Below the pieces are notes generated by a model. The model did not search any database. It had not been told where the DNA came from and saw nothing but the letters and a program-made list of their open reading frames with translations. Of a stretch of 64,000 bases of DNA, positions 38,252 to 47,873 are shown piece after piece. Origin of the DNA: Gemmatimonadales bacterium (GTDB lineage: Bacteria; Gemmatimonadota; Gemmatimonadetes; Gemmatimonadales; Gemmatimonadaceae). A program made the position numbers and the translations under genes. Numbering within the stretch: the first letter of the stretch is position 1; each line of letters starts with the position of its first letter. The stretch is taken from contig JBBQYO010000001.1 in assembly GCA_038208605.1 (NCBI GenBank), positions 1,408-65,407 on the forward strand, read 5' to 3'.

Positions 38252-38968
38252 TCAGGTCCTGGTCGCGGTTACGACGCGCGCAGGCGGAAAAATCCACGGG
38301 GTCATTCGCGGACCGGATGTGATCCTGAATCCGGAAGACCGGAGTACTGACGCATAGCGGCTGACATTCGCAATGTCGAGAATACCCACGCGGCCGCCCG
38401 GCTTGATCACACGAGCAATCTCGCGGATGGCAGTATCGCGATCGGCTTCGGTACCGAGATTGTGAATCGCGAGACTGCTGACGACCGCGTGAAAGCTCGC
38501 TGCTTCGAACGGCAGAGATCTCATGTCGCCGTCTCGCACCTCCACTCGCTGCGCAACTCCTTCAGCTTCCGCATTCGCAAGTGTTGCCGTTCGAGAATTG
38601 TTCAGCTGATCGACATTCGACCACAGATCGATTCCGACCGCGCGTCCGTGTGTAGCCCGTTTTGCGGCGCCGATCAGCATCAACCCCCGGCCACAACCGA
38701 TGTCGAGGATGCTGTCATAAGGCTTGAGAGCCATGGCATCGAGCAGGGCATCACGAGCTTTTAGCTTCCCGATCCGGCTGCTTGCGATCATCGCGATCCC
38801 GGACAGCATGAACGACGCTCCCATCCAGAGCGCTGCACTATTGAGTCCGGGTCCAACCGGTGCGAGTGATGCGATCAACAGAAGAACCAGCCCGATGGTT
38901 CCCATCGTCCGCACCACTCCCGGCGCATCGAGGCCGTAGTCGCCTCGCCTTGTCTCCGCCAAATTCAA
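38252..38968 (-). CDS. class I SAM-dependent methyltransferase with N-terminal TM segments
   Basis: YGLDAP, LDIGCGRG, GIDLW, GDMRSLPF, LAIHN, RVIKPGG. Confidence 0.88.
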   Translation of the reverse strand: MNLAETRRGDYGLDAPGVVRTMGTIGLVLLLIASLAPVGPGLNSAALWMGASFMLSGIAMIASSRIGKLKARDALLDAMALKPYDSILDIGCGRGLMLIGAAKRATHGRAVGIDLWSNVDQLNNSRTATLANAEAEGVAQRVEVRDGDMRSLPFEAASFHAVVSSLAIHNLGTEADRDTAIREIARVIKPGGRVGILDIANVSRYASVLRSSGFRITSGPRMTPWIFPPARVVTATRT

Positions 38969-39052
38969 AGCCTCCGCGTCAGCCCAAACGTGAGTGCAAC
39001 GGACAACAGTGCGAGGCGAATTTCTCGTCTTGCACGCATATCTTGGGTCTCC

Positions 39053-39583
39053 ATGCGCATCCTCGCAATTTCCGGCAGTCTTCGAGCGCGGTCATCGAGC
39101 ACGTCTATTGTACACGCGTTGGGGTTGATTGCACCCGTCGACGTCAGCATCACCGTTTACGATGGAACGGGCAGTCTTCCGCATTTCGATCCCGACCTTG
39201 ACCGTGAAGGTGATGAAGCTCCGCCGCTTGTTGCGGAGTTGAAGAGAATGGTCGGCAAAGCGGATGCGCTGATAATCTCTACGCCGGAATATGCGCACGG
39301 GATTCCGGGAAGTCTCAAGAACGCGCTCGACTGGTTAGTGAGCAGTGTCGAATTTCCTGGGATCGCTGTTGGATTGATCAATCCGTCGCTCGAATCGTTT
39401 CATGCGCATGCGGCACTCGTCGAAGTTCTCAAGACGATGTCCGCGCGGTTGCCCGTCGAGGCGTCTGTGAGAATTCCGATCCTGAATCGAAACATCGACC
39501 CTGGGGGAATTGCTGCGGATGCGAAGCTCGCGGATGCCCTTCGGGCCGTCATCGAGGCGCTCCTGAAAGTCGGCCCGCGCTGA
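39053..39583 (+). CDS. NADPH-dependent FMN reductase
   Basis: ILAISGSLR..S, LPHFDPD, STPEYAHGIPGSLKNALDW. Confidence 0.92.
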   Translation: MRILAISGSLRARSSSTSIVHALGLIAPVDVSITVYDGTGSLPHFDPDLDREGDEAPPLVAELKRMVGKADALIISTPEYAHGIPGSLKNALDWLVSSVEFPGIAVGLINPSLESFHAHAALVEVLKTMSARLPVEASVRIPILNRNIDPGGIAADAKLADALRAVIEALLKVGPR

Positions 39584-39609
39584 CAATGGGCAGACCAGGA
39601 TCGGGATAG

Positions 39610-39635
39610 CAAAAGGCACTCGAAAGTGCCCTTTG
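39610..39635. terminator. probable bidirectional terminator
   Basis: AAAAGGCACT-CGAA-AGTGCCCTTT between the FMN reductase gene and the tRNA. Confidence 0.7.
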
Positions 39636-39652
39636 GCAGAGTCATGATGAAG

Positions 39653-39724
39653 AGGCGCCGGTCGGAATCGAACCGACGAGTAGCAGATTTGCAGTCTGCC
39701 GCCTTACCACTTGGCCACGGCGCC
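39653..39724 (-). tRNA. tRNA-Cys (GCA); CCA not encoded
   Basis: GGCGCCGTGGCCAAGTGGTAAGGCGGCAGACTGCAAATCTGCTACTCGTCGGTTCGATTCCGACCGGCGCCT folds as a cloverleaf; TTGTAC-17-TAACTT promoter upstream. Confidence 0.97.
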
Positions 39725-39788
39725 GAAATCGCAAGTTACCCCTCCTCTAAAGGCCGTACAAGCGCGCCATTTGCAATTCATTTCCGCC

Positions 39789-40451
39789 ATGCCGGCCAAA
39801 CTTTCGGGCCCCGAGCGCTGCAAGCGCAAATTCCTCCGCTCGTTTCCACGAGGCTTTCGGGATGAGAAGTACCTGGACTGGGAACGCGGATACAAATGGA
39901 GCGCCCACGAGCGCTGGAACGATGAGCTCGGGCAGGCGGAATTCCGTTCGTTGCTTCAAAACGGGAAGTTTGAGGAAGTAGCGAAGAGAGCGGTCACGAT
40001 CGAATCGCGTACGAATCTTCTTTTCTCCTTCGAGAAGATGGCGATTCGCGACGCAATGAAACCGCCCGAAGGTGCACGCGCATTTGCAACCGGCCTCTAC
40101 GACTTTCTTCATGGCCGCGGGAACATTGAAACAAAATTCGAGAAATGGATCGACACCGTCGGCACTCTACCGCGAAAACAGACGCGCGTGCTGACATGGC
40201 CTGTCGTCACGGTATTCGGCTTCATCGCCCAACCCGACACCCACATCTTTCTCAAGCCAATGGTGACCAAAGCCGCGGCCACAGAGTACGACTTCCCCTT
40301 CGTTTACAACTCTCGGCCAAGCTGGGAGACTTACAACAGTCTTCTCGAGTTCGGGGCACAGGTGAACGAGGATATGCAGGACCTCGGTCCGCGCGACTTG
40401 ATCGATGCGCAGGGCTTCATCTGGGTCCAGGGCTCGAGCGAATACGACTGA
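39789..40451 (+). CDS. hypothetical protein
   Basis: Coding-like ORF with aromatic-rich motifs (WERGYKW, TNLLFSFEKMA, LTWPVVTVF, FLKP, DLIDAQGFIWV); function not recognised. Confidence 0.75.
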   Translation: MPAKLSGPERCKRKFLRSFPRGFRDEKYLDWERGYKWSAHERWNDELGQAEFRSLLQNGKFEEVAKRAVTIESRTNLLFSFEKMAIRDAMKPPEGARAFATGLYDFLHGRGNIETKFEKWIDTVGTLPRKQTRVLTWPVVTVFGFIAQPDTHIFLKPMVTKAAATEYDFPFVYNSRPSWETYNSLLEFGAQVNEDMQDLGPRDLIDAQGFIWVQGSSEYD

Positions 40452-40465
40452 CTACCGTAGCAGTC

Positions 40466-42958
40466 TTACCGCTTGAGCTCGAGAGCGGGCATTCGTGTCA
40501 CGCCGGGAAATGGACGATCAGCGCCCTTGATCTCTCTCCACAGAATCCGGTTGAAGAGATCCTCGTCCGCCTCATCTTCCTTTTTCAACGCAAGTTTTTT
40601 CGAGTCACGCGCCCCGACTCCCGTTCCCGGATTTTTTTCATCGAGCGAGACAGCAGGCGTCAAAGCCGAGTAACCCCTGTTATCGGGATTGGACCTCCAG
40701 ATATCGCGAAGCGGACGGCCAAAATAGTCGAACTGCGACATCGTTCCGAGGTGAAGCAGCTCTTCGATCGTCGCGACTACGTCTGTCGTATTGACGAACC
40801 GGTGAATCACGCCGCCTGCGGCATACGGTGATATCACCATCATCACGGATCGGTGTGAATCGACGTGATCGGGACCGTTCTGCGCGTCGTCTTCGAGGAC
40901 GAACACTGCCGTGTTTTTCCAGAATTGAGTTTTCGACAGAGCCTCAATCATCCGGCCAAGTGCTAGATCGTTGTCAGCCATATATGCCCGCGGGGTCGGC
41001 TTTCCAGCCGCGGCACCTGATGTGTGGTCGTTTGGCAGTCGAACGATCTCGAGCGCCGGCATGTTTCCTTCGCGCGCAAACCTCTCGATGTCTGCGATCC
41101 ACACATCAGCCCGGGACTGATCGCGGACACTCATGGCAAAGCCCGCGTAATCGCGGTTTGTATGTCCGACAAGAGCTGCCTTGTCAGGTGTATAGCCGGC
41201 GGGTTGGGAACCGTCCGGCTGAAACCCGGGATCGACTACGAACTCACCGTAATTGCGGTAAGTGATCCCCGCCTTTTGCGCGAGATCCCATAGATAGCCC
41301 GAGGCCGGACTGGCGACGTCATCGTCAGGCACACGGTCGCGATTCGTCCCTTCGTAGTCATAGGTTCTACCACGATCCGAGTAATTCGCCGGCACCGTCT
41401 TCTGCAGATAATCGGTGGTGTACGCTGCAGTCGACCAGTTGTGACCGTCGGGGCTTACTTCAGCATTAACAAAAAAGCGATCGAAAATTCCGAATCGCTC
41501 GGCAAGCGCGTGATGATTCGGCGAGACCGGTCGCGGGAAGAATAGAAGCGACGTGTCCCCGTCTGCCTGGGTCAGATCGCCGAATACCTGATCGTAAGTG
41601 CGATTCTCCTTGATGACATAGATCACGTGCTCGATCGGTGGATACTTCCGGGATGTGCGGACAGTATTCCAGCCGTTGGCGCGTGCGACACGCGCGTTCA
41701 TCTGCGACAGCTCGGCGCGTGATGCATGTGCGCCGTCGATGAATGACACCGTCCCGGAAAGCTGGCCACGCGTGGTGTTTCGGGGGTCCACTTTACCTGT
41801 CTTGTTTCTCGGATCGAAACGCGCGGTCCAAATCGGTTGCGGCCCCCCTGGATTTGGGCCTGCTCCCTTACCTTTTGCATTCGCGACGAAAAGCGAATCC
41901 CCGCTTGCGGCAATCGCAGCCGGATACCACTGCGTTGGGATTCGCCCGGCGAGCATGTCATCACCGCGAGCTGCAGATACTCCCGACACCTTGTTCGAAA
42001 GATCGAACACTGCAACCGCGTTGTTATCAGCCTCCGTGACGAACAGCCGCGTTTCGTCCGCAGACAGCGCAATACCGCTGGGTGTACTGCCCTCACTCGG
42101 ACCCGCCGGCGCAGGATCGAGAAGCTCGGCGACAACCTTCCGTTGCCTTGTGTCTATTACTGCTATTCTGTCGGTGCTTCCCGAGATGACAAAGAGTCTC
42201 GAGCCGTCACGTGTCATGAGTAGACCTGATGGATGTCTTCCCGCACCGATGCGACCTGCGCTCGTCAGAGTCGCGTTCGCAGCACCGAACACCGAAACCG
42301 TAGAACCACCCCACGACGATACGAATACAGTTCCATCCGGAGACACTGCCACGCCGTACGGATATGCCTCAGTCGGAAGTCTTTGCCTGATCGTCCGCGA
42401 TGTTACATCCACAACGGCAAGCGAATCACCGAGATTTTCCGCAACGTATAGAGTTCTGTCATCGGGGGAGAGGGCCATTCCCGCCGGATACTTGATTCCG
42501 TGCGCGTGCGTCTCTGGAGTCAGCCTGATCGTGTCCGCAATTGCAGCGGACCCATCTTGCCACGAGTAGCGATAGACAACATCGCCATTGCCGCCAGATG
42601 CGTAGAGGGATTTGCCATCGTGACTGAACACGAGACCCAGAAATGCAGCCGGCTGTGCGAGCGTCTGAGTAATTGCCCCGGTTGCTCGATCCAGGACCTG
42701 CACACCCTGCACCCCGAAGCCGTTCAGCAGAAGGACAAGCCGCCGGCCGTCAGGCGACAGCAGCATCGCCAGAGGAAACGCTCCAACATCGACAGATCTG
42801 CCCGCTGGGTCGAGGTGCGCCCCCGTCGGAAGACGACCAGCTTCACTTGACGAGGCAACGTCGTTCGACGGCGAGCGGGTGCATGCAACGGCGGCAATCA
42901 AGCCAGCGAGTCGGAATATCCGCACTGTTTCATCCTGAGTTCGGGATTGGTAACTCAT
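40466..42958 (-). CDS. YncE-like beta-propeller fused to a phosphoesterase/alkaline phosphatase domain
   Basis: YVTN-type blades; YVIKENRTYDQVFGDL, AEVSPDGHNWS, LPNDHT, EDDAQNGPDHVDSHRS. Confidence 0.9.
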   Translation of the reverse strand: MSYQSRTQDETVRIFRLAGLIAAVACTRSPSNDVASSSEAGRLPTGAHLDPAGRSVDVGAFPLAMLLSPDGRRLVLLLNGFGVQGVQVLDRATGAITQTLAQPAAFLGLVFSHDGKSLYASGGNGDVVYRYSWQDGSAAIADTIRLTPETHAHGIKYPAGMALSPDDRTLYVAENLGDSLAVVDVTSRTIRQRLPTEAYPYGVAVSPDGTVFVSSWGGSTVSVFGAANATLTSAGRIGAGRHPSGLLMTRDGSRLFVISGSTDRIAVIDTRQRKVVAELLDPAPAGPSEGSTPSGIALSADETRLFVTEADNNAVAVFDLSNKVSGVSAARGDDMLAGRIPTQWYPAAIAASGDSLFVANAKGKGAGPNPGGPQPIWTARFDPRNKTGKVDPRNTTRGQLSGTVSFIDGAHASRAELSQMNARVARANGWNTVRTSRKYPPIEHVIYVIKENRTYDQVFGDLTQADGDTSLLFFPRPVSPNHHALAERFGIFDRFFVNAEVSPDGHNWSTAAYTTDYLQKTVPANYSDRGRTYDYEGTNRDRVPDDDVASPASGYLWDLAQKAGITYRNYGEFVVDPGFQPDGSQPAGYTPDKAALVGHTNRDYAGFAMSVRDQSRADVWIADIERFAREGNMPALEIVRLPNDHTSGAAAGKPTPRAYMADNDLALGRMIEALSKTQFWKNTAVFVLEDDAQNGPDHVDSHRSVMMVISPYAAGGVIHRFVNTTDVVATIEELLHLGTMSQFDYFGRPLRDIWRSNPDNRGYSALTPAVSLDEKNPGTGVGARDSKKLALKKEDEADEDLFNRILWREIKGADRPFPGVTRMPALELKR

Positions 42959-42969
42959 GAAAAATGACG

Positions 42970-43004
42970 TTGACAGTCTTCTCCGCCAGCTTGATAATCA
43001 CATC
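42970..43004 (+). promoter_or_regulatory. putative leaderless sigma70 promoter for the GNAT gene
   Basis: TTGACA-17 nt-GATAAT-6 nt-GTG(43005). Confidence 0.6.
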
Positions 43005-43523
43005 GTGACACAACAGCCGAACAGGATCAGCATCAGACGTGCATCCGAAGCTGACCTTCCGCTCGTTCTACGGTTCATCGAGTCGCTCGCTGAATACGAA
43101 AAGCTGCGCGACAGATGCGTTGCGACAGAAGCGAAACTTCGCGCGACTCTGTTCTCGGATCGTCCCGCTGCCGAAGTGATTATTGCGAGTATCGCCGACA
43201 ATGCAGTTGGCTTTGCGTTGTTCTTCCACAACTACTCGACATTTCTGGCGCAGCGAGGGCTGTTTCTCGAAGATCTGTTCGTGGATCCTGGCGCGCGCGG
43301 CGCCGGCGTGGGCCGTGCTCTCCTGTCGTCTCTCGCACAAATCGCGATCGACCGCGAGTGCGGCCGGCTCGAGTGGTCAGTGCTCGACTGGAATGATCTT
43401 GCGATATCGTTTTACCGAAGCATCGGCGCCTTTCCGATGAACGAGTGGACGACGTTCCGATTGACTGGCCCCGCACTCCAGACACTCGCGGCCGATTCCG
43501 AAGTGCGCGATTCACAGTCGTGA
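43005..43523 (+). CDS. GNAT acetyltransferase (SSAT/diamine acetyltransferase-like)
   Basis: LAEYEKL, GFALFFHNYSTFL, LEDLFV.P.ARG.GVG, RLEWSVLDWN..AI.FY. Confidence 0.92.
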   Translation: MTQQPNRISIRRASEADLPLVLRFIESLAEYEKLRDRCVATEAKLRATLFSDRPAAEVIIASIADNAVGFALFFHNYSTFLAQRGLFLEDLFVDPGARGAGVGRALLSSLAQIAIDRECGRLEWSVLDWNDLAISFYRSIGAFPMNEWTTFRLTGPALQTLAADSEVRDSQS

Positions 43524-43614
43524 TTTCTTAACGTCTCCGTGCACGCCCCGTCTATCCCAGCAACGGCGCGAGCGACGCGTCGAGAACCAATAAACCTGAT
43601 GCTGGGAGTTCGTT

Positions 43615-43947
43615 ATGAAAGGAAAGACCATCGCCGCAGTTGCGGCACTGATGTTCGCGGGCGCCGCTTCCGCCAGTGCGCAGACCACCCTCGCACACCA
43701 GACCAGATTCTGCCGCAATCACGATGGAACGCGCGTCGAATGCCGCGATCTTCGCCAGGATACGCGCGAGATTCGGAGCGACCGTCATGATGTCGCGTCC
43801 GACAGGCGCGGGATCCGCAAGGATGTCCGACAGGGAGATGACGGCGAGGTTCGTGGTGATGCACGCGAGCTGCGCGACGACCGCGGCGATCTTCGAAAGG
43901 ATGCTCGCGAGCGGCGTCACGACTTCCGGGGCATTCGCCAGAGTTGA
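43615..43947 (+). CDS. secreted hypothetical protein with D/R-rich heptad repeats
   Basis: Signal peptide ending ASA; repeated (D/E)(L/I/V)RxD units. Confidence 0.75.
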   Translation: MKGKTIAAVAALMFAGAASASAQTTLAHQTRFCRNHDGTRVECRDLRQDTREIRSDRHDVASDRRGIRKDVRQGDDGEVRGDARELRDDRGDLRKDARERRHDFRGIRQS

Positions 43948-43968
43948 AGTCACGATAGAATTGTCAGG

Positions 43969-44280
43969 ATGACATCAGCACGTCCTGACAATTCTCCTCG
44001 GCGATCGGTTAGAGCCCTTTTTCATGGCCGCGATCCTGGTCCGCTGCTCGGGCCCTGGCTCGCATGCAGCGTGGTTGCGATCGCGACCTATTTATTCGAG
44101 CGGAAAATGCCGGCCTTCCACGACGTCGTCATCCCGCTTTACTGGCTTCTCCTTATCATCGTTGCGTTCGTCACCTGGCGCTGGGCACGTGCGCGCGCGC
44201 GCGGTCGCGGGGCGGAGCGACGGCACAGCGAGCGCCGCAAGTCAGACAGGGCCGCAGCTCAGACAGGAACTAAGCGGTGA
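43969..44280 (+). CDS. small two-TM hypothetical protein
   Basis: Two hydrophobic helices, basic ERR tail. Confidence 0.65.
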   Translation: MTSARPDNSPRRSVRALFHGRDPGPLLGPWLACSVVAIATYLFERKMPAFHDVVIPLYWLLLIIVAFVTWRWARARARGRGAERRHSERRKSDRAAAQTGTKR

Positions 44281-45646
44281 GGTGCTCGTCTCGGTTCAGA
44301 AATCGTCGCGCCAGCAAGTAGCCCGGCACTCCGATCGCTGCAGATCCCAACGCTGCGATGATCGCGGGGAATCCGTATTCACCGTCTCTCAATTCGAGAC
44401 CCGTGACAATAACGAGAATCACGACGGGTATCGCGGCAAGTACGACCACCCCCGCGGTTCCAGTCGGAATCCGGTACGCGCCTCTAAGCGCGGGCTCTTT
44501 GAGACGAAGAGCGATGAGCGCGCCGAACTCGAGAAAAAGCGCCATCGAATAGAGCAGCACGTCGGCAACGACGAGTTGAGCAAACGACAGGAGCGCGAAT
44601 ACTGAATAGCAGATTGCGGATAGTATGACTGCGCTGCGCGGCGTTCCTCTCGCGTCGGGCCGCGACAGAAATTGCGGAAGCAGTCTGTCTCCTGCCATCG
44701 CGAATGGAATGCGCGAGTACGATAGCAGGAGAGCGTTGAACAGAGCGAGTGCGCTAACCATACCGGCCACGGCCACGCCTACTGCAAGCAGCGGAATTCC
44801 CGTTGCTGCGCGAGCGATTTCCGGCCACCCGCCTTCCCGCCACTTCGTCCAATCACTCGCTCCGAGCGTTGCGGTGAGCGGGATCAGGTAGCCGAGCGTG
44901 ACCAGAGGTAATGTGAAAGCCAGCGCGCGCGGGTAGCTCCGCGTTGCGTCGACGACCTCGCCCTGAACTGTCGACGCGTTATCCCACCCGATGTAGTTCC
45001 ACAATGCGATCGATATTCCCACGCCGAGCCCATTCAATCCGCTCGAACCTTCGACCGTAAACGGCCGCCACGGCACATGATACATGTGCGGCATCGACAC
45101 GATTGAAATGACCAGGAATGTTGCGAGGATGAAGGAGCCGCTGATCACAGAGACAGATCCAACCCGTCCCGCACCCCGCAGGTTGATCAGCGTTGCTCCC
45201 CAGATCACTCCAAGCGCGATGAGCCACTGCGCAACGGGGCCAATGTGCGGAAAGACAAATGCGAGATACTGATTGAACAGCACGGGATAGATCGCCATGT
45301 CGACGAGCGAATACATCCATGTCCACCATCCATTCTGGAACGCCCAGAACGGTCCAAACGCGCGATAGACCCACTTGTAATACCCGCCCTCCTCCGGCAG
45401 CATGCTCGCCAGCTCGGCGACGATCAGAGTTTCGGGAAGCGACCAGAAGATCGGAACGAGGAGCAGGATCAGCAGACCGAGACCCGGGCCAGTGCTGACG
45501 ATCAACGATTCTGTCGTGAACGCGCCACCGGACACGTTGAAGAACATGACGAACACCAGCGACAGAGTCGTCAGTGTTCGGCGCAGTGGAATCGTCAGAT
45601 TTTTCTTGCCTCGCGCTTGCGGAGATGAAAGGCCGATCCGTTCCAT
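44270..45646 (-). CDS. APC family amino acid/polyamine permease
   Basis: FFNVSGGAF..E, AELASMLPEEGGYY.WV, WNYIGWDN, SRIPFAMA.D..LP; about 12 TM segments; alternative CTG start at 45598. Confidence 0.92.
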   Translation of the reverse strand: MERIGLSSPQARGKKNLTIPLRRTLTTLSLVFVMFFNVSGGAFTTESLIVSTGPGLGLLILLLVPIFWSLPETLIVAELASMLPEEGGYYKWVYRAFGPFWAFQNGWWTWMYSLVDMAIYPVLFNQYLAFVFPHIGPVAQWLIALGVIWGATLINLRGAGRVGSVSVISGSFILATFLVISIVSMPHMYHVPWRPFTVEGSSGLNGLGVGISIALWNYIGWDNASTVQGEVVDATRSYPRALAFTLPLVTLGYLIPLTATLGASDWTKWREGGWPEIARAATGIPLLAVGVAVAGMVSALALFNALLLSYSRIPFAMAGDRLLPQFLSRPDARGTPRSAVILSAICYSVFALLSFAQLVVADVLLYSMALFLEFGALIALRLKEPALRGAYRIPTGTAGVVVLAAIPVVILVIVTGLELRDGEYGFPAIIAALGSAAIGVPGYLLARRFLNRDEHLTA

Positions 45647-46575
45647 ATGCTGAACGGACGTTCGCCAGCTACGACCACCTGAAATCCGTATTCCGCAGCA
45701 AGGCGCCTCACATCGGCCTTGTCCGCGTCGTCATCGCCGCTGTACGAATAGTTCAGGATGGCAAAATCACCGATAGGTTTGAGCACTCTCGCGATTTCGC
45801 TGAAATGAGACTCGACCAGTGCGGCGCCTGACTGGTTGATGTACGGTAATGTGTCGACCGCGATGACACTGTCGAACATTGCATCGCCGAAATCCCGAAG
45901 ATCGTGTCCCGTTGTCTTGAGAAGATGAACGTTGGTGAACGGGTCGCATCTCCTGAGCGCAATGTTGATCATCTCTCTCGACACATCGATCCCGTGAACA
46001 TCGCGCACACGCGGTGACAGCTCGACAGCGATGCGTCCGATGCCGCAGCCGAGATCGAGTACCGTCTTCTGTTGACCGAGGACGTTCCAGCGGTCGAGCT
46101 GCTCGATGATCTCTCTCGAGGCGCTCTCCAACAGCGTCGGATTCCCAAGCGAATACAGCGCGACGCTTGCTTCTTCCGACTGCTGGACGGACCAGTCGAA
46201 GAGTCTCTCGCAGAATGCGATGCCGGCCTCGACGGTTGGAGCCATCGACGGCGAATCCATATTGGAACGAAGCATTTCAGCGATCCGCTCGCAGCCGAGC
46301 TCATTTTCCACCATCAGTTGGGTGAGATCATCAACTTTGTCGCGCAGGAGGCTGTCCGTTGCCCTTGAAACCGCAGCGGCACGCTCACCAAGCTCGTTTA
46401 CGATTGACCGTACGACGCCTGCATCCTCCGTATCGATCAGCAGCTGCATCAAAGCGACGGCAGGTGACAATGATCCCGACAGGCAGCGCATCAGGATGTC
46501 GCGGTGCTCCGGCGGCTCGATACCGCTCGTGAGTCTCTTTACCGCTCCATCAGCGAAGTCCGGCTCGTGAGTCAA
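45595..46575 (-). CDS. class I SAM-dependent methyltransferase with an N-terminal helical extension
   Basis: EEASVALYSLGNP, LDLGCGIGR, GIDVS, AVDTLPY, RVLKP. Confidence 0.88.
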   Translation of the reverse strand: MTHEPDFADGAVKRLTSGIEPPEHRDILMRCLSGSLSPAVALMQLLIDTEDAGVVRSIVNELGERAAAVSRATDSLLRDKVDDLTQLMVENELGCERIAEMLRSNMDSPSMAPTVEAGIAFCERLFDWSVQQSEEASVALYSLGNPTLLESASREIIEQLDRWNVLGQQKTVLDLGCGIGRIAVELSPRVRDVHGIDVSREMINIALRRCDPFTNVHLLKTTGHDLRDFGDAMFDSVIAVDTLPYINQSGAALVESHFSEIARVLKPIGDFAILNYSYSGDDDADKADVRRLAAEYGFQVVVAGERPFSIWNGSAFHLRKREARKI

Positions 46576-47873
46576 TCGAGCAATCCCAGCTTCTGCATTC
46601 GTGCGCGATCCTCAGTGATGAACCGCATGCCAATGTCGTTGCGGTAGCGGCAGTTGGGAATCACGACTTTGCCGACACGCTCATATGCCTGCGCTCGCGC
46701 ATCTTCGACCGAGTCGCCCAGACCGGTTACTACCATTATGTAGCCGATCATTCCAGCGGTGACGAGCTGCCCGTTGCTCCTGGACACTTCGCAGAAATGC
46801 AGTGCGTCACGATCGGCATCGGTTAGAGAATCGCGAAAGCAGATCGGCGTGCCTTTTCCAAGCTCCTGGTATCCTTCGGAATACGGGAATGGCGGGACGG
46901 TCAGAACTACTCCGACGGAATAGCCGTCGCGAGTGTCGATCATGGTTTGGCTTCCGTCTGTCATTCCCGCGAAAATCGAGCCCCATCGTTCCCTGTGCAG
47001 CGAATCGAGAATCGGAAATCCCGGATATCCAAAACGGCACGTGAATTCGAGCGGCCAGATTCCATCTTCGTTCACGATCGTGTTGAGATTGATGTAGCCG
47101 CAGTATCCGGACTCTTTGAGCATCGGAGCAATTCGCGCCAGCGTTACATCGAACATCCGCTTCGCGCCGCGATAGGTGACGATCGTTCCCATCTCGCCCG
47201 TCATTTCACCGATGTCTCCGGGAAAGAATTTCTTGTGCTCCCAATCGAGATTCGCGGGTGACAGAAATTGCTTTCCGTTGAAGAACGCGCCCACTCCGAC
47301 TTCCACTCCCGACAGATAGTCCATCAGCACGAAGCTCGGGTCTTCTTCGAGTGTCCACGTGTCGCGCGTGAGAGACAGCATGGCAATCATGTCGGCGCCG
47401 GAGTCCATTTGCCCAACGTACGAACGCGTCGAGGACCAGTTCGTACCATTCAGCTTGAAGACATACCGGCCAGGCGACGTACGCACGAATTCGATAGCGT
47501 CATCGAAGTCCGCAAATACTGTGTTGCGAGCTGTTTTCAAACCCAGCCCGCTCAGGATGTCCTGGCCGAAGTCGCGCTCGATCTCGAGCCGGTCACCGAA
47601 TGCGCTTCCTCCGATAACGTTGAATCCGTCGCGCCTCAGCTCGTCCTGAATCTGTCCGTGTGAGGCTGTCTCGAACAATGCGACCCCATCGCGTCCCGCC
47701 TCGCGAAGCCATCCAAGCTCGTTCTGCCAGTCGCCAGTGAATCGAAGCATGTCCTGCATGACGCCAGCAGAGTTTTCGTCGGACATGAACACGCGAACCT
47801 CATGTCCCTCCTGCATGAGCCGGAGATACATGTCACCAAGATCGTTTGTCTCTCCGATACCGAGAAATCTCAC
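46572..47873 (-). CDS. PurD (GARS)-like ATP-grasp ligase, divergent
   Basis: IGGS...DRLE..R.FG, YVFK, GVEVGVG, EHKKFFPGDIGEMTGEMGT, LEFTCRFGYP, YRNDIG; GTGA overlap with the upstream gene. Confidence 0.85.
   Translation of the reverse strand: MRFLGIGETNDLGDMYLRLMQEGHEVRVFMSDENSAGVMQDMLRFTGDWQNELGWLREAGRDGVALFETASHGQIQDELRRDGFNVIGGSAFGDRLEIERDFGQDILSGLGLKTARNTVFADFDDAIEFVRTSPGRYVFKLNGTNWSSTRSYVGQMDSGADMIAMLSLTRDTWTLEEDPSFVLMDYLSGVEVGVGAFFNGKQFLSPANLDWEHKKFFPGDIGEMTGEMGTIVTYRGAKRMFDVTLARIAPMLKESGYCGYINLNTIVNEDGIWPLEFTCRFGYPGFPILDSLHRERWGSIFAGMTDGSQTMIDTRDGYSVGVVLTVPPFPYSEGYQELGKGTPICFRDSLTDADRDALHFCEVSRSNGQLVTAGMIGYIMVVTGLGDSVEDARAQAYERVGKVVIPNCRYRNDIGMRFITEDRARMQKLGLLD

Noticed and set aside
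39653-39724. tRNA-Cys as an integration site for an island
   Set aside because: I saw no integrase and no duplicated tRNA 3' end in the window.
46572-47873. Housekeeping purD
   Set aside because: The motifs diverge from bacterial PurD and the neighbours are methyltransferases, so the gene symbol was withheld.
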